Source: Thermoplasmata archaeon
Lineage (GTDB): Archaea; Thermoplasmatota; Thermoplasmata; Lutacidiplasmatales; UBA184
Assembly: GCA_021809545.1 (NCBI GenBank)
Contig: JAKAYL010000002.1
Location: 2,340 to 66,339 of the forward strand
Direction of reading: 5' to 3'
DNA length: 64,000 nucleotides
The notes under the pieces were generated by a model. It was not told the DNA's origin, ran no database searches, and worked only from the letters and a program-made list of their open reading frames with translations. Shown here in pieces: positions 47,732-57,600 of this stretch (the first letter of the stretch is position 1; each line of letters begins with the position of its first letter). A program made the translations under genes and the position numbers.

Positions 47732-49455
47732 GTTTCGCTCCCCCGCTGACGGGAAATGGTCCTCCAAGCGACGTAGGCTACTGCGCCCGCGACCACGAGG
47801 CCGATCGACCCGTACTCGAGATAGACGAAGGGGTCGAGGGCGGGCGGTGCGGCTGCGGTGGTCACCACGATGGCCACGGAGGTGGACGTCCGCTGTCCCT
47901 GGAAGGCCGAGATCACGACAGTGACGGTGTAATTGGTGGAGAAGCTCAGCCCTCCGACGGTCACCGGCCCGGGAAGGGCCACGGAGAAGTCCTTGGGGAG
48001 CACGGAATTCCCGCCTGGGACCTGGGGAACCACGCTGAGCGATATCCCGGTGAATCCCACGACGGTCGAGGGGAGGGACCAGGTCACCGAGAGGGAGGCG
48101 GTGGGGTCTCCCGCCGAGGGAGAGAGAGCGACCGCGGAGGTCAGGGCCGCCGGTGGGGTCGGGATCCCCTCATCCGGGGCAATGGTGAGTTCCCAGGAGT
48201 TGGCCGAGACCTGATAGGCCTGACCGACGGCGAGCGTGGCCTCGTTGGCCGAAAGCGCGACCGAGAGGATGGCGCCAGAGGTCACCAGGGAGCGGAAGTC
48301 CGCCGTGGAGCTCTGGGGCATCCCCGGGTAGAGGTAGTACCATCCCACATTGCTGGTCGACCAAGAGACCTCGAAGTAGTCGGGAGAGGAGGCGGCAAGC
48401 ACCGCGCTCGTGATCCCCGCCGGGAAGACCGTGCTCCAGGAGATGGCGTACGAGCTGCACCCTGCGGTGGCGGAAGCGTTGAGGTAGGTCACCCGGGTAC
48501 CCGCGGCCACCAGCACCTGGCAGCCGTTGGTGGAGGAGGAGACCGAGAGGGCGTCAATGAACGTGTTGCTGGTGTCCCCGTCGAGGGCGCTCTGGGAGGC
48601 GACGGTGGCCGCGAAGAAGCCCGTCACAGCGGTCGCGAACATGTGGCTCCCGTCTCCGGAGATCACGGCATCGCTCAGCCTCTCGGCCGGACCCGGATTG
48701 GGCAACCCTCCGATGGGGCTCCATTCCGCCGTATAGGAAGCCTTCTGGCCGCCGCTTCCCTGGTTCCCGGAGAAGACGAAGACGGCGCCGTTCCCGTTCG
48801 CGTCGTTGGAGCCGACCACGAACCAACTGCCGTCCGTGTCCATCGAGAGGTCGGTGAAGCTCTGCCCCGTGACGACGGAGTAGAAGGCGAGCTGGGGAGA
48901 GGAGAGTGGGTTGGTATAGTAGGAGACGTTGAACCCGGGGAGATTGGTGCCGGGATCGACGAAGGTGGCGACAACCACGAGCGCGTTGCCGTCCTGGGAG
49001 ATCGCGGCGTGGTCTACCGAGCCCTTGACGGCGGACCCGTCCCCCTTGTAGTTGGAGCCGGTCCATATCGGGGAGGCCCCCGAGACGGAGTAAAGGTACG
49101 CGGAGTTGTTCGCCGTGAGCAGGACCTCGGGCGTTCCGGCCGGTCCCGACAGGGAGATCATGGTAGAGGTAGCATTACCCGGAAGAGACCAGTTCTCCAG
49201 CGGCGTGGACGAGCTCGTGCCGAAGAGGTACGCATGATCCCCTGTGGAGGTGGCGACAACGTAGGAGCCGTCAGGAGCCGTCGCCACGTGGGCGACCCCG
49301 GTGGGGGCTGGGGTCGAATAGTTGATCAGAGCGGGAGGCGCGGTGAGGGGATGTACGGCGAAAACGGGCCCGGCGGAGGAATGGGCGGAGGAGGGAAGGG
49401 CGGTGAGCAACAGGGGGACGATGACCAGAAGGGGAAGTACCTTGATCCAGCTCAT
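47728..49455 (-). CDS. Membrane-anchored beta-propeller plus FN3-like surface protein
   Basis: Signal peptide MSWIKVLPLL; repeated S-x-DG/APDG blade motifs; GLSFSTNYTVTV; C-terminal TM. Confidence 0.75.
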   Translation of the reverse strand: MSWIKVLPLLVIVPLLLTALPSSAHSSAGPVFAVHPLTAPPALINYSTPAPTGVAHVATAPDGSYVVATSTGDHAYLFGTSSSTPLENWSLPGNATSTMISLSGPAGTPEVLLTANNSAYLYSVSGASPIWTGSNYKGDGSAVKGSVDHAAISQDGNALVVVATFVDPGTNLPGFNVSYYTNPLSSPQLAFYSVVTGQSFTDLSMDTDGSWFVVGSNDANGNGAVFVFSGNQGSGGQKASYTAEWSPIGGLPNPGPAERLSDAVISGDGSHMFATAVTGFFAATVASQSALDGDTSNTFIDALSVSSSTNGCQVLVAAGTRVTYLNASATAGCSSYAISWSTVFPAGITSAVLAASSPDYFEVSWSTSNVGWYYLYPGMPQSSTADFRSLVTSGAILSVALSANEATLAVGQAYQVSANSWELTIAPDEGIPTPPAALTSAVALSPSAGDPTASLSVTWSLPSTVVGFTGISLSVVPQVPGGNSVLPKDFSVALPGPVTVGGLSFSTNYTVTVVISAFQGQRTSTSVAIVVTTAAAPPALDPFVYLEYGSIGLVVAGAVAYVAWRTISRQRGSET

Positions 49456-50132
49456 CCCCATACCCCGAGAACCACCGTGTCGAAGGAAGACGCGTTCCCG
49501 GTGACGGTCAACGTCGCCGAGGCGGAGTAGACGGTGCCCGATGTCCCCGCAGCCCCAAAGCCAGCGTAAACGCACGCGCTCGAGATCGAGCAGGGGACCG
49601 ACGGCACGGAAGTGTTCTGGTATTCCAAGTAGTATTCCTGGAAGGTCTGCGCATTCGCACTCGAGGGAGAGCCCATGGCGACCTGTGATGCTGTATCATT
49701 TATCACGTATCCGACCCACCCAGGGGACTCCAGGAGCTGCTCCAACTGCGCCCGCGCAGGGCCAGGGGCCACGGCCTGGAGCAGGCTCAGGTGAAGCACG
49801 ATCAGCTGACCCATGGAATAGTCCTGGACCGTCCCCGTGCCCCAATCCGAATTGAAGGCATGGCAGGGGTCCGTGGGCAGGGAGGGGGTGACGTTCCCAA
49901 CACAGAGGGTCGCGTTCGGCGCCGTGGCGAAGAGCAGGGATTGGAGCGCGCTCGATGCGTACGCGGTCCCCCCGTAGTTCTGGTCAACGATGACCGGGTT
50001 GATCGAGAGCATGGCGTAGAGGAAGAGGGTGGCCACCACGAGCAGGGGGACAAAGAGGACGATATCGAAGGCGGCGACCTCGCCGCGCCGGTCGCTCCCG
50101 CTGCGCTGCCGTCCCCGTGCCCGCCGCCGCAT
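49452..50132 (-). CDS. Type IV pilin-like protein (class III signal peptide)
   Basis: DRRG|EVAAFDIVLFVPLLVVA. Confidence 0.75.
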   Translation of the reverse strand: MRRRARGRQRSGSDRRGEVAAFDIVLFVPLLVVATLFLYAMLSINPVIVDQNYGGTAYASSALQSLLFATAPNATLCVGNVTPSLPTDPCHAFNSDWGTGTVQDYSMGQLIVLHLSLLQAVAPGPARAQLEQLLESPGWVGYVINDTASQVAMGSPSSANAQTFQEYYLEYQNTSVPSVPCSISSACVYAGFGAAGTSGTVYSASATLTVTGNASSFDTVVLGVWG

Positions 50133-50133
50133 C

Positions 50134-50664
50134 TTAGTTCCAGATCTCCACGGAAAGGGTGGCGGTGTGGTACTCCCCGTACGGCACGCCCGGGAACCAG
50201 ATGTCCACGGGGGACACCGAGGTGACGAAGCCCTGCTTGAGACCTGAGGGGTTCGTGGGCGGAACCGCGGTCTCGACCACCTTTGGCTGGGTCAACCAAG
50301 CGTGCGGGTAGGAGGAAATATCCGTGATGACCACCCGGTATTGAAAGGAGGGATGGAAGTCGTAGGAGATATTGGACGTCGTGAGGTTGAGCACCTTGAA
50401 GACATCAAAAACACCCACCTCGCCCTGGTAGGTCAGGTTCTTGTAATCCCTGAGGTCCGAGAGCAGAAGGGGAGCCTGCTCCGCGAACGTCACGTTCTGT
50501 TGCCGCCGTTCGAAACTGTTGAGACCACTGAAGAGGGCGGCAAAGAACAGGAAGAGCGCCGTGATCACGATCCAGGCGGCCGGCACTTCCTCAAGGAAGC
50601 CAGCAACGCCACGACGTCCCATGCGATGCCGCATCAGCGATGCCAGAGATGCCCCGTCACTCAT
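50134..50664 (-). CDS. Type IV pilin-like protein (class III signal peptide)
   Basis: GRRG|VAGFLEEVPAAWIVITALFLF; C-terminal LSVEIW. Confidence 0.75.
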   Translation of the reverse strand: MSDGASLASLMRHRMGRRGVAGFLEEVPAAWIVITALFLFFAALFSGLNSFERRQQNVTFAEQAPLLLSDLRDYKNLTYQGEVGVFDVFKVLNLTTSNISYDFHPSFQYRVVITDISSYPHAWLTQPKVVETAVPPTNPSGLKQGFVTSVSPVDIWFPGVPYGEYHTATLSVEIWN

Positions 50665-50823
50665 AAGCCCTTTGCCGGCCTAATGAGCGTGCGGGGAAAG
50701 GCACCCGCCTTAAGCGACCCCCCGTCGGGAGGTGAAAGTCGGGCTCACCTCCGCCTCCGGCGCCCTTCAGAACCCTGACGACAAGAGTCGATTCCTTTCT
50801 TAGAGCCTTCCCCAGAATACCGA

Positions 50824-51336
50824 TCAGGGGGCGTCTGGGGAACCGCTGGCGACCCGCTCCAGCAGGTGGACGTCGATGCGCCGGCCAAACTTGCGCCCGA
50901 CCTGGTGCATCACCCCGACGGGGACGAAACCGAAACGCGAGTGAAGTGCGAGGCTCGCCGGGTTCCCGTCGGCTATCCTTGCAAGGAGCACGTGAAGACC
51001 GGCCTCCTCGGCGGCCTGGACGGTCGTCTTCAGAAGGCTCCGGCCGATCCCTTGTCCCTGGTGTTTGGGCTCTACGTAGACCGAGACTTCGGCCGTGTCC
51101 GCGTAGGCTCGTCGGTCGGACCACGGAGAGAGTGAGGACCATCCGATGACCTCCCCCTCGGCATCGGCGACGAATACGGGATGGCGTTCGTCATGCCGTC
51201 GCAACCAATCGATCTGGGCGGGGAGCGAGCGAGGCTCCGTGTCGAAGGTGGCGATCGTCTCCATCACGGCCTGATTGTAGATCCCCGCGATGCGCGCTGC
51301 GTCCTCCTCCGTGGCGTGCCGAACATGAACGACCAT
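50824..51336 (-). CDS. Phosphinothricin/methionine-sulfoximine-type GNAT N-acetyltransferase
   Basis: IYNQAV...ATFD, TAEVSVYV, QGQGIGRSLL, NPASLALHSRFGF and VGRKFGR. Confidence 0.9.
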   Translation of the reverse strand: MVVHVRHATEEDAARIAGIYNQAVMETIATFDTEPRSLPAQIDWLRRHDERHPVFVADAEGEVIGWSSLSPWSDRRAYADTAEVSVYVEPKHQGQGIGRSLLKTTVQAAEEAGLHVLLARIADGNPASLALHSRFGFVPVGVMHQVGRKFGRRIDVHLLERVASGSPDAP

Positions 51337-51338
51337 GT

Positions 51339-54300
51339 TCAACGGGAGCGGAAACGGTCCCGGCTCCCGAGCATCCCTGGTTTCGCCGTGTTTGTGAGGC
51401 CCTTGTTCCTCCGTCGGAGGAGGAGAACGATCACCAAGACCACCACGACCACAGCGGCCACCGCGAGGAGAATGAGGGCTAGGCTTCCCGAGGAATTACT
51501 GCCATTGCAGTTCGAGGTGCACGTTGGCGGAGGGCTGGTGGAGCCGGCCGACACCTGGACGACCTGCGTCTGGGAGACCTTGGCCCCGGAGGCATCGGTC
51601 GCGTTGACGGTCACGGTGTAGTTCCCGGCCGATGCGTAGGTGTGGGTTGCGGTCCCGGTGGAGGGTTCCCCGGTCAAGACCGCGCTGGTGTCCCCGAAGT
51701 CGACCGTGACCCCCCCGTACGGGGTCGCCCCGCCCGTTACGTCCCAGGAGACCTTGACCGAGAGCGGAGCCTTCCCGCTCGAAGGGGTGACCCCGAGGCT
51801 AACGGCGAGCGGGGGCAAGTTCGAGGTGACATCGATCGTGACGGTTTGGCGGGCGGTCCCCCCGATGGAATCGGTCAGGTTCACGGTCAGGTTGTACGTC
51901 CCGGGACTGGAGTAGACGTGGGAAGCGGAACCCGTCGCGGGCTGGCCTGCGAGGGAAACTGAGCCATCGCCGAAGTTGACGGTGACCCCGCCATACGGTG
52001 TGACGCCGCCCGTAGCGTTCCAGTTCGCCGTGACGCTGAGGGGGGCGGTCCCGTTGATCGGGCTGGCCGATAGGGAAACGGAGAAGTGCGAGTAGAGAAC
52101 CTCGGTTCCGGTAAGGTTGAGCGGGACGCCCGCCTGGTCACGGAAAGAGACGTTGACCGTGTAGCTGCCTCCGGTGGTGAAGTTGTAGGTCACCGGGGAA
52201 CCCGACTGCGAGGGGAGCCCGGACACGTTCCAAGCGAAGGAGCCGTAGGGCGGAACTCCCCCGGAGGCCACCACAGAGAACTGGATGCTCGCGGGGGCAT
52301 CGACCAGCGTGGAATTGGAGTAGAGCGTCGCCTGGAGCGGAGGAGCGGTGTAGTCGAAGCTGAGCGTCCCGTTCAGGTTCAACCCGACGATAACGAAGGG
52401 GCCCCCCGCATAGAGGACGGCGGCCGCCGGGTACCAGGCACCCCCGAGGAGCGGGGTGAGGTCGTTCAGGACCGCTCCGGCCGTTCCCGAGTAGACGACG
52501 GGCACGTTGGTCCGATTCGCGGACTCATTGCCGGTCCCCGAGACGAGCACGCTCGAGCCCCAAACGGCGATGGAATTCAGCGCGGAGGTGGGCACCGGGA
52601 ATATGAAGTAGGGCTGTCCGGAGAAGAACGACCCGGGGACCCAGGTGTAGGGTTGGCTACCGTTCAGCACCCAAAAGGCCGACCCGTTCCAAGCGACCGT
52701 GCCCGGGTTGGGCACGTCGAGACTGAGGCCGAAGGTCGTGCTCACGTTGAGGAACCCGGAAGAATTGTAGTACCAGAGATCCCCGGAAAGGGTTCCGCTC
52801 TCTCCCCCCAGCAGTGCGTCCCCGGGAGCACCGGGGATGATCGCGGTCACTCCGAGGGTGATCGACGTCACCTGGGAAGAAAGGTTCGTCCAGTTGCCCG
52901 TAGCGGGGGCGTAGGAAAAGAGACCACCACCACCGAGGGGGAGAATGCCTCCTGCCCAGAGCGAGGAGTTCACCCACCCCAGGCTGAAGAGGGTCTCTGC
53001 CGGGGAGGGGAGGGTGCGGAACGCCCCGGTGGAGAGGTTGTAGCTGAAGACCCGGGCAGAGTCCGATAGGTAGAGCGTGTCCGGGCCGAACGCGGCGGCC
53101 GAGAGGAGTCCGGTCCCGGACGGGATGAGGGACTCGAGGTTGGTGACATTGCGGGTGCTCAGGTTCACGAGGAACCCGTCACCCTGGGTTCCGTTCCATC
53201 CACCCATCCAGACCCGCCCGTCCCCGAAGACGAGGCTCCCGCCCGAGACGAATCCTGTGGGCAGGTCCACGGCCGAGGGAGAAGCACCGGGAGTCCAGGA
53301 GGTGAGGAATCCCCCCATCCCATTGCGGTAGCCACCGACCACGAGGGCTGAGCCCATCCAGAGGAGGGCCAGAGGATTCGTGGTGTTGGTCCACGGGGCG
53401 GAGAGAGACAAGGGGGAGACCGTAGAGAGCGCGGCATCGAGGTCAGCTGCGCCCGAGGGAGAGGCGAGCGTGAAATTGGTCCCCGCCACGCGGGAGTCCG
53501 CGGCGAAGGCCGAGGGGGTACCAAGGACGGAGGTGATCTGGGAGGTCACGTCCACGAAGGAGCCGGTCGCCAGATCGAAGACGCCCCAGTGGTAGGTGAA
53601 GGAGGAGGACTCCAGGCTCTGGAGGAGCACGTAGTTCCCCGTCACGGCCAGCGGCACGGCCGGCGAGGTGAAGGCCGACGCCGCGGGGAGATACCCCGAG
53701 AGGTTCTGAAAGGTCCAGCCCGAGGTAGAGTTGTACGAGAGGATCCCGAAGGTGTTTTGGGAGCGGTTCGTGGTCAACAGGAAAGCGCCTCGCGAGCCCA
53801 GGGCGTGGGAAGGGACACCGAACGTGGCGGGGATCTTGCCGCTCAGGTTCTGGAACCCCGAGCTTGCGTTGTAGGAGAAGAGCAGCGTCTCAGGCCCCGA
53901 GAAGCTCAGGTTCTGCCCCACGAGGAGGACCGAGCTTCCGTCCGAGGCGCCCCCGTAGAGCGTGCGAAGGTCGGGCGGTAGGGAAAGGTTCGCCGCCGCG
54001 CCGGTCGTAGGGTTCTGCGCCCAGACCCGGGACGGAGGGCTGAGCACGTTGAAGGAAGCGTCCCAGTAGTAGGCGGTCGGGGTGGGGGAGGAAAGTTCCC
54101 CGATCCCGAAGGATTGCCCGATCACGTACTGGGAGGCGACGCTCACGTTGACCGTGGACAAGAAACCGGAGGAGGTGTCCGAGAGGGCGACCGGGGGACC
54201 CAAGCTGAGCGTTCCGGTCTTCGGCATCTGCGTGCCGTTGTCCGTCCCTAACACGGCGACCTGGGTGCCCGAGAGGGGGAGAAGACCTGTGACCTCGGAC

Positions 54301-54530
54301 CAGGAACCCCCGGGAAGGGAGGGGATTCGGGAGGTCAGGTTGACGGGGGGCTCCGCGACCGACCCGGTGTCGAGAGGGCATTGCGTGCACCCGGCCGCGG
54401 GAACCAGGTCGGGTGCGGATCCCACGCTCCCGCTTCCGTGGCCCGGTAGAGTCGGGGCACCGGCGAAGGCCGCGGGCACCGAAAGCCCGAGGCAGGCAAG
54501 AAGGACAAGGACCGCAGGGACGCTACGCAT
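51339..54530 (-). CDS. Membrane-anchored beta-propeller plus PKD surface protein
   Basis: Signal peptide MRSVPAVLVLL with a TTTTAA box about 30 nt upstream; repeated N-L-S blade motifs; three PKD-like domains; TM followed by RRR. Confidence 0.8.
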   Translation of the reverse strand: MRSVPAVLVLLACLGLSVPAAFAGAPTLPGHGSGSVGSAPDLVPAAGCTQCPLDTGSVAEPPVNLTSRIPSLPGGSWSEVTGLLPLSGTQVAVLGTDNGTQMPKTGTLSLGPPVALSDTSSGFLSTVNVSVASQYVIGQSFGIGELSSPTPTAYYWDASFNVLSPPSRVWAQNPTTGAAANLSLPPDLRTLYGGASDGSSVLLVGQNLSFSGPETLLFSYNASSGFQNLSGKIPATFGVPSHALGSRGAFLLTTNRSQNTFGILSYNSTSGWTFQNLSGYLPAASAFTSPAVPLAVTGNYVLLQSLESSSFTYHWGVFDLATGSFVDVTSQITSVLGTPSAFAADSRVAGTNFTLASPSGAADLDAALSTVSPLSLSAPWTNTTNPLALLWMGSALVVGGYRNGMGGFLTSWTPGASPSAVDLPTGFVSGGSLVFGDGRVWMGGWNGTQGDGFLVNLSTRNVTNLESLIPSGTGLLSAAAFGPDTLYLSDSARVFSYNLSTGAFRTLPSPAETLFSLGWVNSSLWAGGILPLGGGGLFSYAPATGNWTNLSSQVTSITLGVTAIIPGAPGDALLGGESGTLSGDLWYYNSSGFLNVSTTFGLSLDVPNPGTVAWNGSAFWVLNGSQPYTWVPGSFFSGQPYFIFPVPTSALNSIAVWGSSVLVSGTGNESANRTNVPVVYSGTAGAVLNDLTPLLGGAWYPAAAVLYAGGPFVIVGLNLNGTLSFDYTAPPLQATLYSNSTLVDAPASIQFSVVASGGVPPYGSFAWNVSGLPSQSGSPVTYNFTTGGSYTVNVSFRDQAGVPLNLTGTEVLYSHFSVSLSASPINGTAPLSVTANWNATGGVTPYGGVTVNFGDGSVSLAGQPATGSASHVYSSPGTYNLTVNLTDSIGGTARQTVTIDVTSNLPPLAVSLGVTPSSGKAPLSVKVSWDVTGGATPYGGVTVDFGDTSAVLTGEPSTGTATHTYASAGNYTVTVNATDASGAKVSQTQVVQVSAGSTSPPPTCTSNCNGSNSSGSLALILLAVAAVVVVVLVIVLLLRRRNKGLTNTAKPGMLGSRDRFRSR

Positions 54531-54695
54531 GCTCGGCGGTCCACGGAGGCCCCCCCTCCTTAAAAGCGTTCGCGCGCAAGGGCCGCAACCCTCTCGGGGC
54601 AACGGTCCCTGAGCAACTCTGCTCTCGGAGATCGGGAAGGGGACAGAGGAACCACGCACCACGCCTTCCCTCTCCGGGTCCGACCGATCGATCCT

Positions 54696-57600
54696 CTACG
54701 GCGCCTGCGGCGCGGTGCCGAACCGAGAGGGCGGGGAGGCAGCGACCATCAGGACCGGGAACCCCATTCCCAGGTTCTCCAGCGCCGGATGCGTGGTGTG
54801 CAGGGCGATCGTAACGGGAGAGATAGCGTGGTAACCCGAGCCAGAGATGGGAGTGGCGGGGGGTTGCCCATTGTAGGTGACGTGCACCAACCAGACAGAG
54901 GCGGCCGAGGACATCTCCCAAGAGACGCCGTTCTGGGAATCGGTATGGGCATCCACCAGGATCCTTCCTCCCGAGGTGCTCACGATCACGGCGACATGGT
55001 CGACGTTCCAGATGTTCGTGCCGGTAACGTCGTTCCAGTTGTAGCCGATGAAGTCTCCCGGCTGGAGCTGCGAGAGCTGGGCGGAGGAGACCGAAGTGGC
55101 GGGGACGAGACCGTTCGTGACCGAGGTCGCCCACTTGGCGTTCAACATGTCCCCGACGAGATGGGGTGCGGAGGGAATGCCGTAGGGGCCGCCGCTCGTG
55201 GCATCGGGCAGCTTCTCGATCGGCACCCCGCCTCCACCATCGTCACCGATGGCGCTGCTCACGAAGTGGGCGCAGTCGCACCCGTTGTTGTTCTCGTAGC
55301 TCGTGATGGTTGCGCCCGGGCCGCCATCCTGACTGGGGGAGAGGAGCCCGCCGCAGAGCCAGAAGTACCCGTCCTTGTTGACCTCGTTCCAGTACGTGTT
55401 CGCGTAACTTACCGCCGCGTTCCGGTTGTAGGCGCCCGATCCCGGACCGCCCCCGCTGCTTCCCGTCGTGCACTGGTCGTTCGGACAAACGGTGGACCAG
55501 GGCAGATTGGCCTGATTCTGGTTGTAGCCGGAGCACCGGACTGAGCCGGTGCCGGTGAACCCGTTCGGAGCCCATTTGCAATAGGCGCCCGAGATGTAAC
55601 TGCCCCAGAAGCAGGAGAAGCTGTTCCCGCAATCCTGGTACTCCGCGTAGGACCATTCGAACGCGCAGGTGGGGTTGAAGTAAACCCCACCCCAGTCCGT
55701 AGCCCCGGAGCACTGGGAGTAGGAAGGGTACCCGGTGATCGGGCTGGGCTCACCCTGGGGCACCGGCTGGGGCTGGAGACATTGTCCCGACGGGGAGGTC
55801 TGGGCCGGATGACCCAGCTGAAGGATCCCGAGTGCCTGGCATCCCGAGTTGGGGGCAACGGTGGAGCAGGCCCCGCTGCCGCCCTCGATCGCCCCGGGGC
55901 AGAAGGTGCTTTCTTGGTACGCCATGGAAACGACCGTGATCACGAGCGCGCTTGACGGGAAGCCCCCGTTCATGGCGCAGTCCACCGCGGCCTGAAGGTT
56001 GAGGGAATGACCGTTCTGATAGTAACTCTGATCGGGACACCCGGCCCCGGCGCCCCCGCCTCCGCCACCGCCGCCACCACCACCACCGCCTCCCCCGCCT
56101 CCACCGCCGCCGACGGCGGGAGGGTGCTCGAGGGTGTAGAGGAAGTTCCAGAACTCGGTGTTGGGGATGGCAGCTCCACCGTCATCCAGGGCGAACCACC
56201 CTAGGTTCTGGAGATGGTGGTAGACGCTCCAGTTCGCCTCGGACTCCATCGCGGGCAGTGCGTTCGGGCTCCCCGCACAGTTGACGGAGCTGAGCAGCGC
56301 CCCCAACTGGTTTCCCGTAAGGCCCGCGGCCTGGAGGGTTTGGATGGCCTGCTCGTAACCCGTGACCGAGCAGGTGAAGTCCTTGAGGTACCAGGTGACG
56401 CCCGCCCCCGCCATGGCGGGGAGGAACCAGAAGTCACTGCCCGAGTTGCCGGTCTCCCAGAGGCTGGAGGAGCCGACGAGGGCATCCAATTGGAGTCCCT
56501 TGGCCTTGAGCGCGGAGGCGAAGCTGTGCATGAAGTTGCCGAAGAGAACACCCTCGCCGCTCGAGACGCCGACCCCGTCACAAGGAGTGGGCTCGAAGTC
56601 CACGACATAGCCCTTGTACCCGCTAGCCTGGGCGACCCCGACAGCCGACTGGATGAAATGGGCCTGGGCCCCTGCTCCGGAGGAGAGGAAGGTCTGCAAC
56701 GATGCGGCGGGGCACCCCCCCGCGGTAATGGTTGCGAACACCGGGAGACTGTTCTTCTGACCCCAGGAAGTGAGGTTGTTCTGGGGGTTGAGGAACCAGG
56801 AGGCGGGCTCAAAGCCGCCAGACGGAGTGAGTTCGTAACCGTACTCCGCGAGGTCCTGCATGTCGGGAACGAGAGCGGTGTAGGTCGAGGAGAAGGCCGA
56901 GGCATTTCCGATCCAGGCACACGACTGGCAGACGACCGGGAGGAAGTATGCGGGCGGCGCAGTGATGGCCACGGCGATCACCGAGGTAGCGGTCGTGCCC
57001 TGCCCGTCCGTCACGGTGAGGGTGGCGGTGTAGCGGCCCTCGGCGGAGTAGACGTGAGCGGGGTTCTGAGAAGTGCTCGTACTTCCGTCGCCGAAGTTCC
57101 AAGAGTAGGCATAGGGTGGGAGCCCTCCCGCGGCGGCTCCTTCAAATTGGAATGTCGTGGCCGATGCTTCCCCGCTTCCGGGGGAGACGGACGCCCTGGC
57201 GGTGAGCTTCGGCACCTTGACCGTGATGGCGAAGGTATTCGACACCGAGTTCCCGGCGCTGTCCCTGACGGTCAGGGTCGCCTGGTAGTTGCCCTGGGCG
57301 GTATAGTTGTGGGACGTCGCCGAAGAGTAATTCAACGCACTATTGTCCCCGAAGTTCCATGTGTAGTTGTAGGGAGGGCTGCCGCCCGAGGGGGTGGTGG
57401 CGAAGTTGACCTGGAGCGGAATGTTCCCACTCACCGGACCGACCGTGTTGCTCACCTTCAGGGGTCCGCCGATGCCACCTCCCCCTCCTCCGGCGCATCC
57501 CGCAGGATACTGCCATAGCATCCATTGCTGGCTATAGAGGGTCACGACCAGGTTGACGTCGACCGTGAGGCTGAGCCCCCAGAACTGGAGACCGATCTTC

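Noticed and set aside
40612-50664. Archaellum (flagellum) or conjugation operon
   Set aside because: No archaellin, ArlH or ArlF/G motifs, and no VirB4, relaxase or coupling protein.
50824-51336. GNAT gene inside the pilus locus as an immunity or effector gene
   Set aside because: It looks like an ordinary widespread Pat/YncA-type acetyltransferase; nothing links it to the system beyond position.
56052-56111. Gly tract as a phase-variable simple sequence repeat
   Set aside because: Mixed GGN codons indicate selection for a flexible linker rather than a slippage tract.
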